Assembly (NCBI GenBank): GCA_002320775.1
Contig: DCKY01000283.1
Span: 1-58,840 of the forward strand
From: Planctomycetes bacterium UBA1662
Lineage (GTDB): Bacteria > Planctomycetota > UBA8108
Direction of reading: 5' to 3'
Length of the DNA: 58,840 bases
Shown in pieces: positions 24,895 through 33,568 of the stretch. The notes beneath the pieces are model-generated. The model worked only from the letters and a program-made list of their open reading frames with translations. It searched no databases and was not told where the DNA came from. The translations under genes were made by a program, and so were the position numbers. The stretch's first letter is position 1; the number at the start of each line of letters is the position of its first letter.

Positions 24895-26016
24895 TTATCC
24901 GTGGGTGGCGGCAGTCCTGAACAGCCCGGAAATATTTCGTTTAAAAGGCGGCTCCAGGAGGCCCTGCTCGGTAATAAAACCCGTCACGTACCGAGCCGGT
25001 GTAACGTCGAAGGCCGGATTGTAAACATCGACCCCGGGAGGAGTCGTCTTCTTGCCGAATCCCGCCGTAACCTCAAGGTCCGATCGCTGCTCGATGGGGA
25101 TGCCGGCTCCGCTGGCGGTGTGCGGGTCAAAGGTCGAGCTGGGAGCGGCGACGTAGAAAGGTATGTCATGCTCCCGGGCCAGGACAGCGACCCCGTAGGT
25201 GCCGATCTTATTGGCGACATCACCATTGGCGGCGATCCGATCCGCCCCAACGACCACACACTGCACCTGGCCGGATCCCATCAGCGACGCAGCCGCGTTA
25301 TCACAGGCTACCGTAACCTCCACACCCGCCCTGCGAAGCTCCCAGCTTGTCAGCCTGGCGCCCTGGAGAAGCGGCCGGGTCTCATCGGCAAAAACCCTGA
25401 TCTTCTTTCCTTTCTCTACCGCGCTGTAGATGACCGCGAGCGCTGTTCCCATACCGCCAGTCGCCAGGGCACCCGCGTTACAGTGCGTCAGAACATTCCA
25501 GCCGCTACGAAGCAGCCTCTGACCATGACGGCCGATTTCCCTGCAAAGACGCTGATCCTCCTCGTGAATCTCTATCGCCTCATCGAGAAGACCGCCAAGA
25601 AGCTCAGCAACAGCCGCCCCCTCGGCATCGAGGGCCTCGGCCCTCGATGACATCCGCTCGAGCGACCAGAAGAGATTGACGGCCGTGGGCCTGGACTCCG
25701 CCAGGAGCTTCCTTACCCTCTTGAGGCTTCTCCTGGCCTCTGCCGGGGTGGACGGTGCGAGCTCTCTCAGGCCGATGACCACCCCGTAAGCCGCCGCGAC
25801 CCCGATCGCGGGAGCCCCGCGTACCGCCAGGCGACGAATGGCATCGATGACCTCGGCGAGCTTACGAATACGAAGGTACTTCACCCTGGAGGGAAGAAGC
25901 GTCTGGTCAAGCAGAGAGAGATAGCCGCCCGATCCGCCAACCCATTTCAGGGCGAGCATGTGGCCCTCGGCAGCCGGCCTCGGGCCACGACCCTTGCGGA
26001 CCGGGCCGGAACTCAT
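24895..26016 (-). CDS. mtnA: S-methyl-5-thioribose-1-phosphate isomerase (eIF-2B alpha/beta/delta family)
   Basis: Matches the MtnA pattern: LLDQTLLP...AIRRLAVRGAPAIGVAAAYG...THCNAGALAT...VVVGADRIAANGDVANKIGTY...PFYVAAP. Confidence 0.9.
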   Translation of the reverse strand: MSSGPVRKGRGPRPAAEGHMLALKWVGGSGGYLSLLDQTLLPSRVKYLRIRKLAEVIDAIRRLAVRGAPAIGVAAAYGVVIGLRELAPSTPAEARRSLKRVRKLLAESRPTAVNLFWSLERMSSRAEALDAEGAAVAELLGGLLDEAIEIHEEDQRLCREIGRHGQRLLRSGWNVLTHCNAGALATGGMGTALAVIYSAVEKGKKIRVFADETRPLLQGARLTSWELRRAGVEVTVACDNAAASLMGSGQVQCVVVGADRIAANGDVANKIGTYGVAVLAREHDIPFYVAAPSSTFDPHTASGAGIPIEQRSDLEVTAGFGKKTTPPGVDVYNPAFDVTPARYVTGFITEQGLLEPPFKRNISGLFRTAATHG

Positions 26017-26522
26017 GAGAGCCCTTCGCTCTCCAGGCGTTCTTGGGCTCGAGCGTCCTTGGCCTCTACCTGCTGAACAAGGCGATCCTTATAGGACGTC
26101 ATAGCCTCAGCGAGTCGGTCATCAGAAAGCGCCAGCATCTGAATCGCGAGGATGGCCGCGTTATGAGATCCATTCACAGCGACGGTCGCCACGGGAACAC
26201 CGGGTGGCATCTGGACGGTTGAATAGAGCGCGTCCACTCCATGCAGGGCGCCATTCTCGATGGGGACGCCAATGACCGGAAGGGTGGTCTTCGCCGCGAG
26301 AGCCCCAGCAAGATGGGCCGCTCCCCCGGCCCCTCCTATGATCACTCCGAAGCCCTCGTCACGCGCCGATGCAGCAAGCCCCAGCGCCTTCTCCGGTGAA
26401 CGGTGAACCGAACACACAGCGACCTGGTAGTCGACCTCAAATTCTTTCAGGCACTTGAGCGCTCCCGACATAAGATCAAGGTCTGAATCGCTTCCCATCA
26501 GGATCAAGACTCGCTTATCCAT
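26013..26522 (-). CDS. purE: N5-carboxyaminoimidazole ribonucleotide mutase
   Basis: Matches the PurE pattern: VLILMGSDSDLDLM...VCSVHRSPEK...GGAGGAAHLAGALAAKTTLPVIGVP. Confidence 0.95.
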   Translation of the reverse strand: MDKRVLILMGSDSDLDLMSGALKCLKEFEVDYQVAVCSVHRSPEKALGLAASARDEGFGVIIGGAGGAAHLAGALAAKTTLPVIGVPIENGALHGVDALYSTVQMPPGVPVATVAVNGSHNAAILAIQMLALSDDRLAEAMTSYKDRLVQQVEAKDARAQERLESEGLS

Positions 26523-26580
26523 CTCTACCTCACCTATAGCTGTTTAGTTTTATTTTACGTAAGGAAACCGACGAACCCTG

Positions 26581-27489
26581 TCAGCTCCAATCCCGGCCGG
26601 TCAACAACTCGAATATCTCGCGATACTTCGTGGTTGTATAGCCTGTCACCTCGTCCGGAAGTTTTGGAGCCGGCGGGGTCTTGTCCCAGTCGGTCGACAG
26701 GAGATGGTCCCGTACGTATTGCTTGTCAAAGGAAGGTTGCGACTTGCCGGGCTCGTAGAGATCCATGGGCCAGAACCTGGAGGAGTCCGGAGTGAGGACC
26801 TCATCTGCGAGAACAAGCTCGCCTGTCGACGGACGCACGCCCCACTCGAACTTGGTATCGGCAATAATGATCCCGCGGGTACGAGCGTATTCAGCCGCCT
26901 TGAAGTAGACTTCCAGGCTCTTCGCCTTCATCTCATCCGCCCGCTCCTGGCCAAGGATCTCGACCATGGTCTCGAACGGAATGTTCTCATCGTGTCCCTC
27001 GTCCTCCTTGGTCGATGGAGTAAAGATCGGCTCGGGAAGCTGGCTGGAGTTGACCAGTCCATCGGGAAGCGGAATATTGCAGACCGTCCCGCTCTGCTGG
27101 TATTCGGCCCATCCGGAGCCGGCAAGATATCCGCGAACGATACATTCCACTGGCTGGATCTCGAGCTTTTCCACGATCATGAATCTTCCGCGAAGCTGCT
27201 CCGCCTGCGGCGCGCAACTCTCGGGAAGATCATCCACCTCGGCCGAGATGAGGTGATGCTCGACTCCCAGGAGGTCGAACCAGAACAGCGAAAGCTGGGT
27301 CAGGATCCGCCCCTTGTCCTGGATACCATCAGGCAGGACAACGTCAAAAGCGGAGAGCCTGTCGGTCGCCACAATCAGGTACTTGTCCCCGAGATCATAG
27401 AGATCCCGAACTTTCCCCCTCCGTACAAGATTAGCGCCGGGAATCTCTGATTCCCTGATAACCGAAGACGTTCCCTCAATAGAGCTCAT
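26581..27489 (-). CDS. purC: Phosphoribosylaminoimidazole-succinocarboxamide (SAICAR) synthase
   Basis: Matches the PurC pattern: RGKVRDLYDLGDKYLIVATDRLSAFD...IIADTKFEWG...LADEVLTPDSSRFW. Confidence 0.95.
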   Translation of the reverse strand: MSSIEGTSSVIRESEIPGANLVRRGKVRDLYDLGDKYLIVATDRLSAFDVVLPDGIQDKGRILTQLSLFWFDLLGVEHHLISAEVDDLPESCAPQAEQLRGRFMIVEKLEIQPVECIVRGYLAGSGWAEYQQSGTVCNIPLPDGLVNSSQLPEPIFTPSTKEDEGHDENIPFETMVEILGQERADEMKAKSLEVYFKAAEYARTRGIIIADTKFEWGVRPSTGELVLADEVLTPDSSRFWPMDLYEPGKSQPSFDKQYVRDHLLSTDWDKTPPAPKLPDEVTGYTTTKYREIFELLTGRDWS

Positions 27490-27572
27490 AGCGATTCCTC
27501 ATTTATTCCATCACTAAAAATCAAAAAACAACCCAACTCCGAATGTCACCACCGCTACCACGCGGATTATTT

Positions 27573-28088
27573 TCAACTCGTTGAAAGATCAGGCCTCCGG
27601 AGACCCTGAGCATAACAGAAAGCCAAGGCCAAGGCATCCGTCACATCCTGCGGATCGGGCGGTTCATCAAAATTCAACAAGCGAGCCATCATCTTCTGGA
27701 CCTGGGATTTCGAGGCCTGGCCGTTTCCCGTCACCAACTTCTTCACCCTGGTGGGAGCGTATTCCGCGATCTCGAGATCGTGGAGCGCTCCGACCAGCAG
27801 ACCGACCCCCCTTGCCTCTCCAACCTTCATGACGCTCTCAAAACTTCTTCCGTGAAAGACCTTCTCGAGCGCGAGCACTGCTGGTCCATGCTCCCTCACA
27901 ATCTCCTCAAGAGCCTCGTAGAGCTTCCTCAGCCTGGTGGGAATGTCCACCTTCGCCCCGGCCTTTTGAAGATGAATAGCTCCGTAGGAGACCACCGAGA
28001 GCTCGCCTCCCGGCCCGGCATCGATAACCCCATAGCCCGCTACACGGGTTCCAGGATCAAAACCAAGAATACGAACGTGTCCAGACAT
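27573..28088 (-). CDS. ruvC: Holliday junction resolvase RuvC
   Basis: Matches the RuvC pattern: ILGFDPGTRVAGYGVI...VLALEKVF...KKLVTGNGQASKSQVQKMM...DVTDALALAF. Confidence 0.95.
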   Translation of the reverse strand: MSGHVRILGFDPGTRVAGYGVIDAGPGGELSVVSYGAIHLQKAGAKVDIPTRLRKLYEALEEIVREHGPAVLALEKVFHGRSFESVMKVGEARGVGLLVGALHDLEIAEYAPTRVKKLVTGNGQASKSQVQKMMARLLNFDEPPDPQDVTDALALAFCYAQGLRRPDLSTS

Positions 28089-28187
28089 CAGAACACTCTC
28101 TCCTGCGGAAGCTCGTCACTCTTCGGCATGATTGTAACTTTCCCCGGTGTTCCTGCATAGAGCCGGAGGACGGCGGAATGTCCAGCT

Positions 28188-29516
28188 TCAATCGTGGTAC
28201 TGAGATTCTCGCTGACGAAAGAGAACCCTGATGGGGATCTCTTCGAACCTGAGCGCCTCCCGCAACGAATTGGCGATGTAGCGCCGGTAATCATTTGAAA
28301 AGGCCTTGGGATAATTGACGAATACCACGAAAACCGGCGGACAGGCGGTAACCTGGGTAGCGTAGTAGATCTTGCCGGACTTCCCTCTCTTCGCAGGCGG
28401 CGGCCGATGCTGGAGAATAGCCTTCATCACACGGTTCAGCTCTCCGGTTCCGGCCCGAAGAGATGCGCGCTTGTACAGGTTCTGAGCCAGGTCGATCGCA
28501 GCCTGGGTATTCCTGGAATCCTTGGCTGTGGTGAAGACGATCGGCGCGTAGATCATTCCTGGCATACGATCGGAGAGATACTTGGCGTAGGCCTCGGTGG
28601 CAATCTTGCCCCCCGAGAGGTCCCATTTATTGGCCACCATGACACAGACCTTGTGGGCCTTGGAGATTGTCTCACCAAGCTTCTTGTCCGCCCGGGTAAT
28701 CTCCTCGCTGGCATCGAGGAGAAACAAAACCACATCAGCCCGCTGGATAGCGCCGAGAGTTCGAACCTGGCTATAGAACTCGATAGAGTCCTTGATCCCC
28801 TTGCGTCTCTGGATTCCCGCGGTATCGATCACCACGAACTCCCGCCCATCTTTCTGAAACCGCACGTCTACAGCGTCACGAGTCGTACCTGGAACCTCGC
28901 TGACAATAACCCTCTCCTCCTGCGCCATGGCGTTTACGAAGGTCGACTTGCCTACATTTCTCCTGCCGACAACAGCAATCCTCATCACCGGGTCTGTCTC
29001 GATCCCGGCGGTCGGCCAGACCTTCTCTGAAATTTCCTTAAGAAGATCCTTACGGCCCCAGCCTTCATTGGCGCTGACGCCGCGGGGGTCGCCAAGACCC
29101 AATCTGTGAAACTCATGCACTCCCGACTCCAGGTTGGGATGATCGACCTTATTCGCGGCGAGTATCAGGGGAATCTCCTTGGATCTCTCTCGAAGCTGCG
29201 CGGCCACCAGCCGGTCAAGCGGGGTGATGCCATCGCGAACGTCGACCACAAAGAGAATCAGGTTCGCCCCCTGCAGGGCGAAGGCTATCTGGCGCTCGAT
29301 GTGCTCACTCAGGTCGTCCTGGTCAACCACCCCGATACCGCCGGTGTCGACCATCTCCATCACCACATCGCGGTAGGGAACCAGGGCGCTCACCCTGTCC
29401 CGCGTAACTCCGGGCGTGCTGTCGACAATGGAGATCCGCTCTCCGGCAAAGCTATTGAGCAACGAAGATTTCCCGACATTCGGACGTCCAACGATGGCTA
29501 TCACTGGCAGGCTCAT
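28188..29516 (-). CDS. der: Ribosome-associated GTPase Der (EngA), tandem GTPase domains plus KH-like domain
   Basis: Has two P-loops (IAIVGRPNVGKSSLLN and IAVVGRRNVGKSTFVN), with DTGG/DTAG and NKVD/NKWD motifs. Confidence 0.95.
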   Translation of the reverse strand: MSLPVIAIVGRPNVGKSSLLNSFAGERISIVDSTPGVTRDRVSALVPYRDVVMEMVDTGGIGVVDQDDLSEHIERQIAFALQGANLILFVVDVRDGITPLDRLVAAQLRERSKEIPLILAANKVDHPNLESGVHEFHRLGLGDPRGVSANEGWGRKDLLKEISEKVWPTAGIETDPVMRIAVVGRRNVGKSTFVNAMAQEERVIVSEVPGTTRDAVDVRFQKDGREFVVIDTAGIQRRKGIKDSIEFYSQVRTLGAIQRADVVLFLLDASEEITRADKKLGETISKAHKVCVMVANKWDLSGGKIATEAYAKYLSDRMPGMIYAPIVFTTAKDSRNTQAAIDLAQNLYKRASLRAGTGELNRVMKAILQHRPPPAKRGKSGKIYYATQVTACPPVFVVFVNYPKAFSNDYRRYIANSLREALRFEEIPIRVLFRQRESQYHD

Positions 29517-30166
29517 GATTCACCTCCCTCGCTGGAAGCTTCCCGGTCGGAAAGCAGCATGGCTGCGTGCAGGAGACCCAGGTGCGTCTTGTTATCGACA
29601 ATCCTCTTCTCCCCTGAAGCTCGCCCCAGCAATTCCGCCACCAGGATTTCAAGCTCAAGCTCATGAACATCCAGGTGTTCTGTCGCCTCCAGCCTTTGCT
29701 CTCCCGATTCAAGTTCGCTGGCCAGGAAAAAATGCATTGGCTGGGCTGACATTCCGGGAATCGTATAGCGAACGCCCAGGGACTCCATCGTTCCAGCCCG
29801 ATAGCCTGTCTCTTCCTCCAATTCACGCAGGGCCGCCTCGCGTGGAGACTCTCCCTCATCGATATGACCGGCGGGGAGCTCGAACATTCGTCCGCCGACC
29901 GCGGGCCGCAGCTGCTCAATGAGGACAACCCTCGCGCCGCCGCCCTTCCCGTTCGACTCGAGCAGGGGGACGATTGCCACCACCGGCGGCAGCGAGATCT
30001 TCACCTGGGAGCTCTCGGCATCATCGGGAAATCGGCAGTTCAACATCGACAAGCTCACAAACTCACCTCGGTAGAGCGAGCTTTCCTCGAGAACCTCGAA
30101 GCCTTCATCCGGCCTCACTCCGGGAAGCAGGGCTGGCTCGTTGTTGGATTTCAGCGGCTGTGTCAT
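29513..30166 (-). CDS. NUDIX hydrolase (ADP-ribose pyrophosphatase-like)
   Basis: Contains the Nudix box GHIDEGESPREAALRELEEETGY. Confidence 0.85.
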   Translation of the reverse strand: MTQPLKSNNEPALLPGVRPDEGFEVLEESSLYRGEFVSLSMLNCRFPDDAESSQVKISLPPVVAIVPLLESNGKGGGARVVLIEQLRPAVGGRMFELPAGHIDEGESPREAALRELEEETGYRAGTMESLGVRYTIPGMSAQPMHFFLASELESGEQRLEATEHLDVHELELEILVAELLGRASGEKRIVDNKTHLGLLHAAMLLSDREASSEGGES

Positions 30167-32037
30167 GATCCCTCGCTGCCCGCTACTGTAGCAGAATCCG
30201 CCGTATCAAGGTGGGCCAGGAGTACACCGATATCAGCCGGCGTCACCCCGGAAATACGCGAGGCCTGCCCGACAGAGAGGGGCCGGAGCTGATCGAGCTT
30301 CTCGGTCGATTCTCCGCGCAAGCCCAGGATCGCGGTGTAATCGAAGGTCTCTGGAATGGCGAGGCCCTCCAGTCTCTTGAATCGCTCCACCTGCGCCAGA
30401 TGGCGCTCGATATAGGCTGCGTATTTGACCTGGATTTCAACCTGTTCGACGGCCTCATCATCGTTCTCAACCCCCTCAAGCAAGGCCGAGATCTCGGGGA
30501 TCTCCCGGGCGAGTTTACCCAGGCTCGCCCCCGGCCGGCGGAGCAACCTGGCAAGGGAGATCCCTGCAGAACGTCCCTGTTCAAGGGTTGTCCTCATCCG
30601 GGCGATCCGCTCCCGCTTCTCATCTACGCGGCGCATGCGCTCATCGGAGACCAGGCCCAGCTGATGCCCTTTCTCGCAAAGCCTTAGATCTGCATTGTCG
30701 CTCCTGAGAAGGAGCCTGTATTCAGCCCGCGAGGTAAACATCCTGTAGGGCTCAAGGGGACATTCCTTGACGAGGTCATCGATCAAGACGCCGATATAGG
30801 CCTCCGATCTGTCGAGCAGGAGAGGCTCCTGCTCTCGACAGCGGAGCACCGCATTGACGCCCGCGAGCAGCCCCTGCGCCGCCGCCTCCTCGTAGCCGCT
30901 CGTACCGCAGATCTGGCCGGCAAAATAGAGTCCGCCCACCGCCCTGGTCTCGAAGGTCGGCTTGATCTGGGTTGGAGGAAAGAAGTCGTACTCGACGGCG
31001 TAGCCATATTGAAGAATCTTCGCGTTTCTCAGCGCCGGAATCGTCGCCAGCACCTGTTCCTGGACATCTCCCGGAAGACTGGTGGAGATGCCGTTGAGAT
31101 ACACCCAGGAGGTGTCAAGTCCCTCCGGTTCGAGAAAGATCTGGTGCTTGTCTTTGTCGGCAAAACGAACCACCTTGTCCTCGATCGAGGGACAGTAGCG
31201 AGGACCAACCCCCTCGATCTGGCCTGAGTACATCGGCGCCCTGTGGAGATTTTCCCTGATAAGCTCGTGAGCCTGCGGATTAGTCCAGGTGATATGACAA
31301 TCAACCTGATCCTGGGAGTAGCCGCGGGTGTCGAAGGAAAAGAAGAAAGGCTCATCATCTCCGGGCTGGACCGTGGATTCGGAAAAATCGACGGTCGCCG
31401 CATCTACCCGGGCGGGGGTGCCGGTCTTCAACCTTCTGCGCGAAAAGCCCAGGTCCTCAAGGAAATCCGAGAGGCCGTAGGAGGCGGACTCTCCTATCCG
31501 TCCGCCCTTCTCTTTTTCTTCGCCGCAATGCATGAGTCCTCGCAGGAAGGTGCCTGCGGTAAGAATCACCGACCGGCCGGCCAACTCGCTGCCATCGCTC
31601 AACCTCACACCCGCGACCCGCGAGGATTCAGCCTGGCTCGACTCGAGCAGCAGAGTTGAAACCTTGCCCTCGACGACGGTAAGACCATCGACCGAGGAGG
31701 TCAATCGGACCATGTAATCCTGGTATTTCTGTTTGTCGCATTGAGCACGGGGAGCCCTCACCGCCGGCCCCTTGCGTGTATTGAGCAGGCGAAACTGGAT
31801 TCCGCTCGAATCCGCCGCTCGGCCCATTTCGCCGCCCAACGCGTCAAGCTCACGCACCATCTGTCCCTTGCCAAGCCCTCCGATCGCCGGATTGCACGAC
31901 ATCCGGCCGATAGCGCCCGCATCGAGACTCACGAGAGCGGCCTGGGCACCCATGCGGGCCGCGGCAAGAGCCGCCTCGATCCCCGCGTGGCCGCCTCCGA
32001 TGACGATCACATCGAAGGAATCCGCTCCGGCACTCAT
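30163..32037 (-). CDS. mnmG: tRNA uridine 5-carboxymethylaminomethyl modification enzyme MnmG (GidA)
   Basis: Has the FAD motif FDVIVIGGGHAGIEAALAAARMG, plus MSCNPAIGGLGKGQMVRELDALGG and GPRYCPSIEDK. Confidence 0.95.
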   Translation of the reverse strand: MSAGADSFDVIVIGGGHAGIEAALAAARMGAQAALVSLDAGAIGRMSCNPAIGGLGKGQMVRELDALGGEMGRAADSSGIQFRLLNTRKGPAVRAPRAQCDKQKYQDYMVRLTSSVDGLTVVEGKVSTLLLESSQAESSRVAGVRLSDGSELAGRSVILTAGTFLRGLMHCGEEKEKGGRIGESASYGLSDFLEDLGFSRRRLKTGTPARVDAATVDFSESTVQPGDDEPFFFSFDTRGYSQDQVDCHITWTNPQAHELIRENLHRAPMYSGQIEGVGPRYCPSIEDKVVRFADKDKHQIFLEPEGLDTSWVYLNGISTSLPGDVQEQVLATIPALRNAKILQYGYAVEYDFFPPTQIKPTFETRAVGGLYFAGQICGTSGYEEAAAQGLLAGVNAVLRCREQEPLLLDRSEAYIGVLIDDLVKECPLEPYRMFTSRAEYRLLLRSDNADLRLCEKGHQLGLVSDERMRRVDEKRERIARMRTTLEQGRSAGISLARLLRRPGASLGKLAREIPEISALLEGVENDDEAVEQVEIQVKYAAYIERHLAQVERFKRLEGLAIPETFDYTAILGLRGESTEKLDQLRPLSVGQASRISGVTPADIGVLLAHLDTADSATVAGSEGS

Positions 32038-33452
32038 GACCCATCTCCCTCAACAGCAAGCTCTGCTCCCTCGGCCGAAAAGAAGGTCGAGCCTCCTCCG
32101 AGGTCGCTCATCTCCCTGAAATAGCCGGGGAACGACTTGGTGACTACCTGTGGATCAGCTATCTCAACCCCCGGCACCAGCAGGCCGGCAAGAGAGAGCG
32201 CCATCGCTATCCTGTGATCCCCCCAGGAGTCGATCCGGGCACCCTGCATCGAGAAGCTGCCCGGGTTTTCCGGACCGTTAATCTCGAGACCATCATCAAG
32301 CTCGCGCACATCGACACCCAGCTTCCTGAGCTCGCTGGCGACTGAAGCGATCCGGTCGCTCTCCTTGTAGCGAAGGTGGGGAACTCCGTAGAGACGGGTA
32401 CGCCCACGGGCAAAGGCGGCGACCACGGCGAGGGTCGGGACAATATCCGGCATGTCTGAGCAATTATTCGACAGGCCCCGCAGCATCTCCTCCGGTCCGG
32501 AAACCGTGATGGAGTCGACATCTTTTTTCACGTGGCAGCCCATCTCCGCGAGCACATCCGCGAAGCGAAGATCTCCCTGCCGGGAGACCTTGCCAACGCC
32601 CTCGACCCGGACAGTCGTTCCTGTCAGCGCCGCGGCGGCAAAGAAATAGCTGGCTGTCGAAGCGTCCCCCTCAACAAAATAGTCACGCGACTTGTACCAC
32701 TTCCTGGAATCGATGTGGTAGACAAGCTGCCCATCGCTTTCGTCATCATGAATGTCGACCCTGACTCCGAAATCCTGCATCGTCCTGAGGGTCAGGTCCA
32801 GGTAGGGCGCGGAGAGCACCTCCCCCACCAGGCGAACTTCGATGTCCTTCTGCGCCATGGGCGCCACCATCAGCACGGCGGAGATAAACTGACTCGATGT
32901 GTTGCCGGCCATATTGACCCGCCCCCCCTCCAGCACCCGGGAACCGATCGTCACCGGAGGACAGCCGGTCGGACTGCTGATCTCAGCTCCAAGATCTCTG
33001 AGCGCCTGAACCAATTGATTGATCGGACGCTGCCGCATCCTCTCATTTCCATCGACCACGTAATCCCCGCCGGAGATGGTCAGGACAGCGGTCAGAAAAC
33101 GAGTGGCCGTACCGGCGTTACCCAGGCTGAAGGTTCCCTTCTTATTCGGATAGCCATCCAGATCGCCCCTGACCGTGAAGGTAAGAGCATCCCTTGACGC
33201 GCAGCGCGGGCCGCCGGCCTCCGATTCGATCTGAACACCTAGGGCTTTTAGCGCTTCACTCAGGCATCTTGAGTCGTCGCAATCGAGCGCGTTCATCAAC
33301 GTCGACTCTCCCGGAATCAGGCTGGATATGAGCAGGGCCCGGTTTGTCAGGCTCTTGGAGCCGGGCAGAGACACCGTACCGCCTGCGAATTGGCCTGGCT
33401 CGATCCTCACATAGGAGGCCTCGGGAGGAATTGAATTGCTGAACCCTGTCAT
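32034..33452 (-). CDS. aroA: 3-phosphoshikimate 1-carboxyvinyltransferase (EPSP synthase)
   Basis: Matches the AroA pattern: LPGSKSLTNRALLISSL...LGNAGTATRFL...ERMRQRPI...DHRIAMALSLAGL. Confidence 0.95.
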   Translation of the reverse strand: MTGFSNSIPPEASYVRIEPGQFAGGTVSLPGSKSLTNRALLISSLIPGESTLMNALDCDDSRCLSEALKALGVQIESEAGGPRCASRDALTFTVRGDLDGYPNKKGTFSLGNAGTATRFLTAVLTISGGDYVVDGNERMRQRPINQLVQALRDLGAEISSPTGCPPVTIGSRVLEGGRVNMAGNTSSQFISAVLMVAPMAQKDIEVRLVGEVLSAPYLDLTLRTMQDFGVRVDIHDDESDGQLVYHIDSRKWYKSRDYFVEGDASTASYFFAAAALTGTTVRVEGVGKVSRQGDLRFADVLAEMGCHVKKDVDSITVSGPEEMLRGLSNNCSDMPDIVPTLAVVAAFARGRTRLYGVPHLRYKESDRIASVASELRKLGVDVRELDDGLEINGPENPGSFSMQGARIDSWGDHRIAMALSLAGLLVPGVEIADPQVVTKSFPGYFREMSDLGGGSTFFSAEGAELAVEGDGS

Positions 33453-33568
33453 CGAAACACCATGAAAATGAAGAACTTATAGAAACGGGAATTATAGGTG
33501 CGCTTGGTGGACAGTCAATCAGCACAAAGGACCGGGAATATCGGTTTCTCTATACGAAAAGCCGACTC

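Noticed and set aside
24578-25650. Plus-strand ORFs at 24578-24892 (104 aa) and 24889-25650 (253 aa)
   Set aside because: The second is antisense to mtnA. The first competes with the minus-strand two-TM ORF, which has an RBS-like GAGAGG and a membrane-protein composition, whereas the plus frame is Arg/Gly/Pro-rich.
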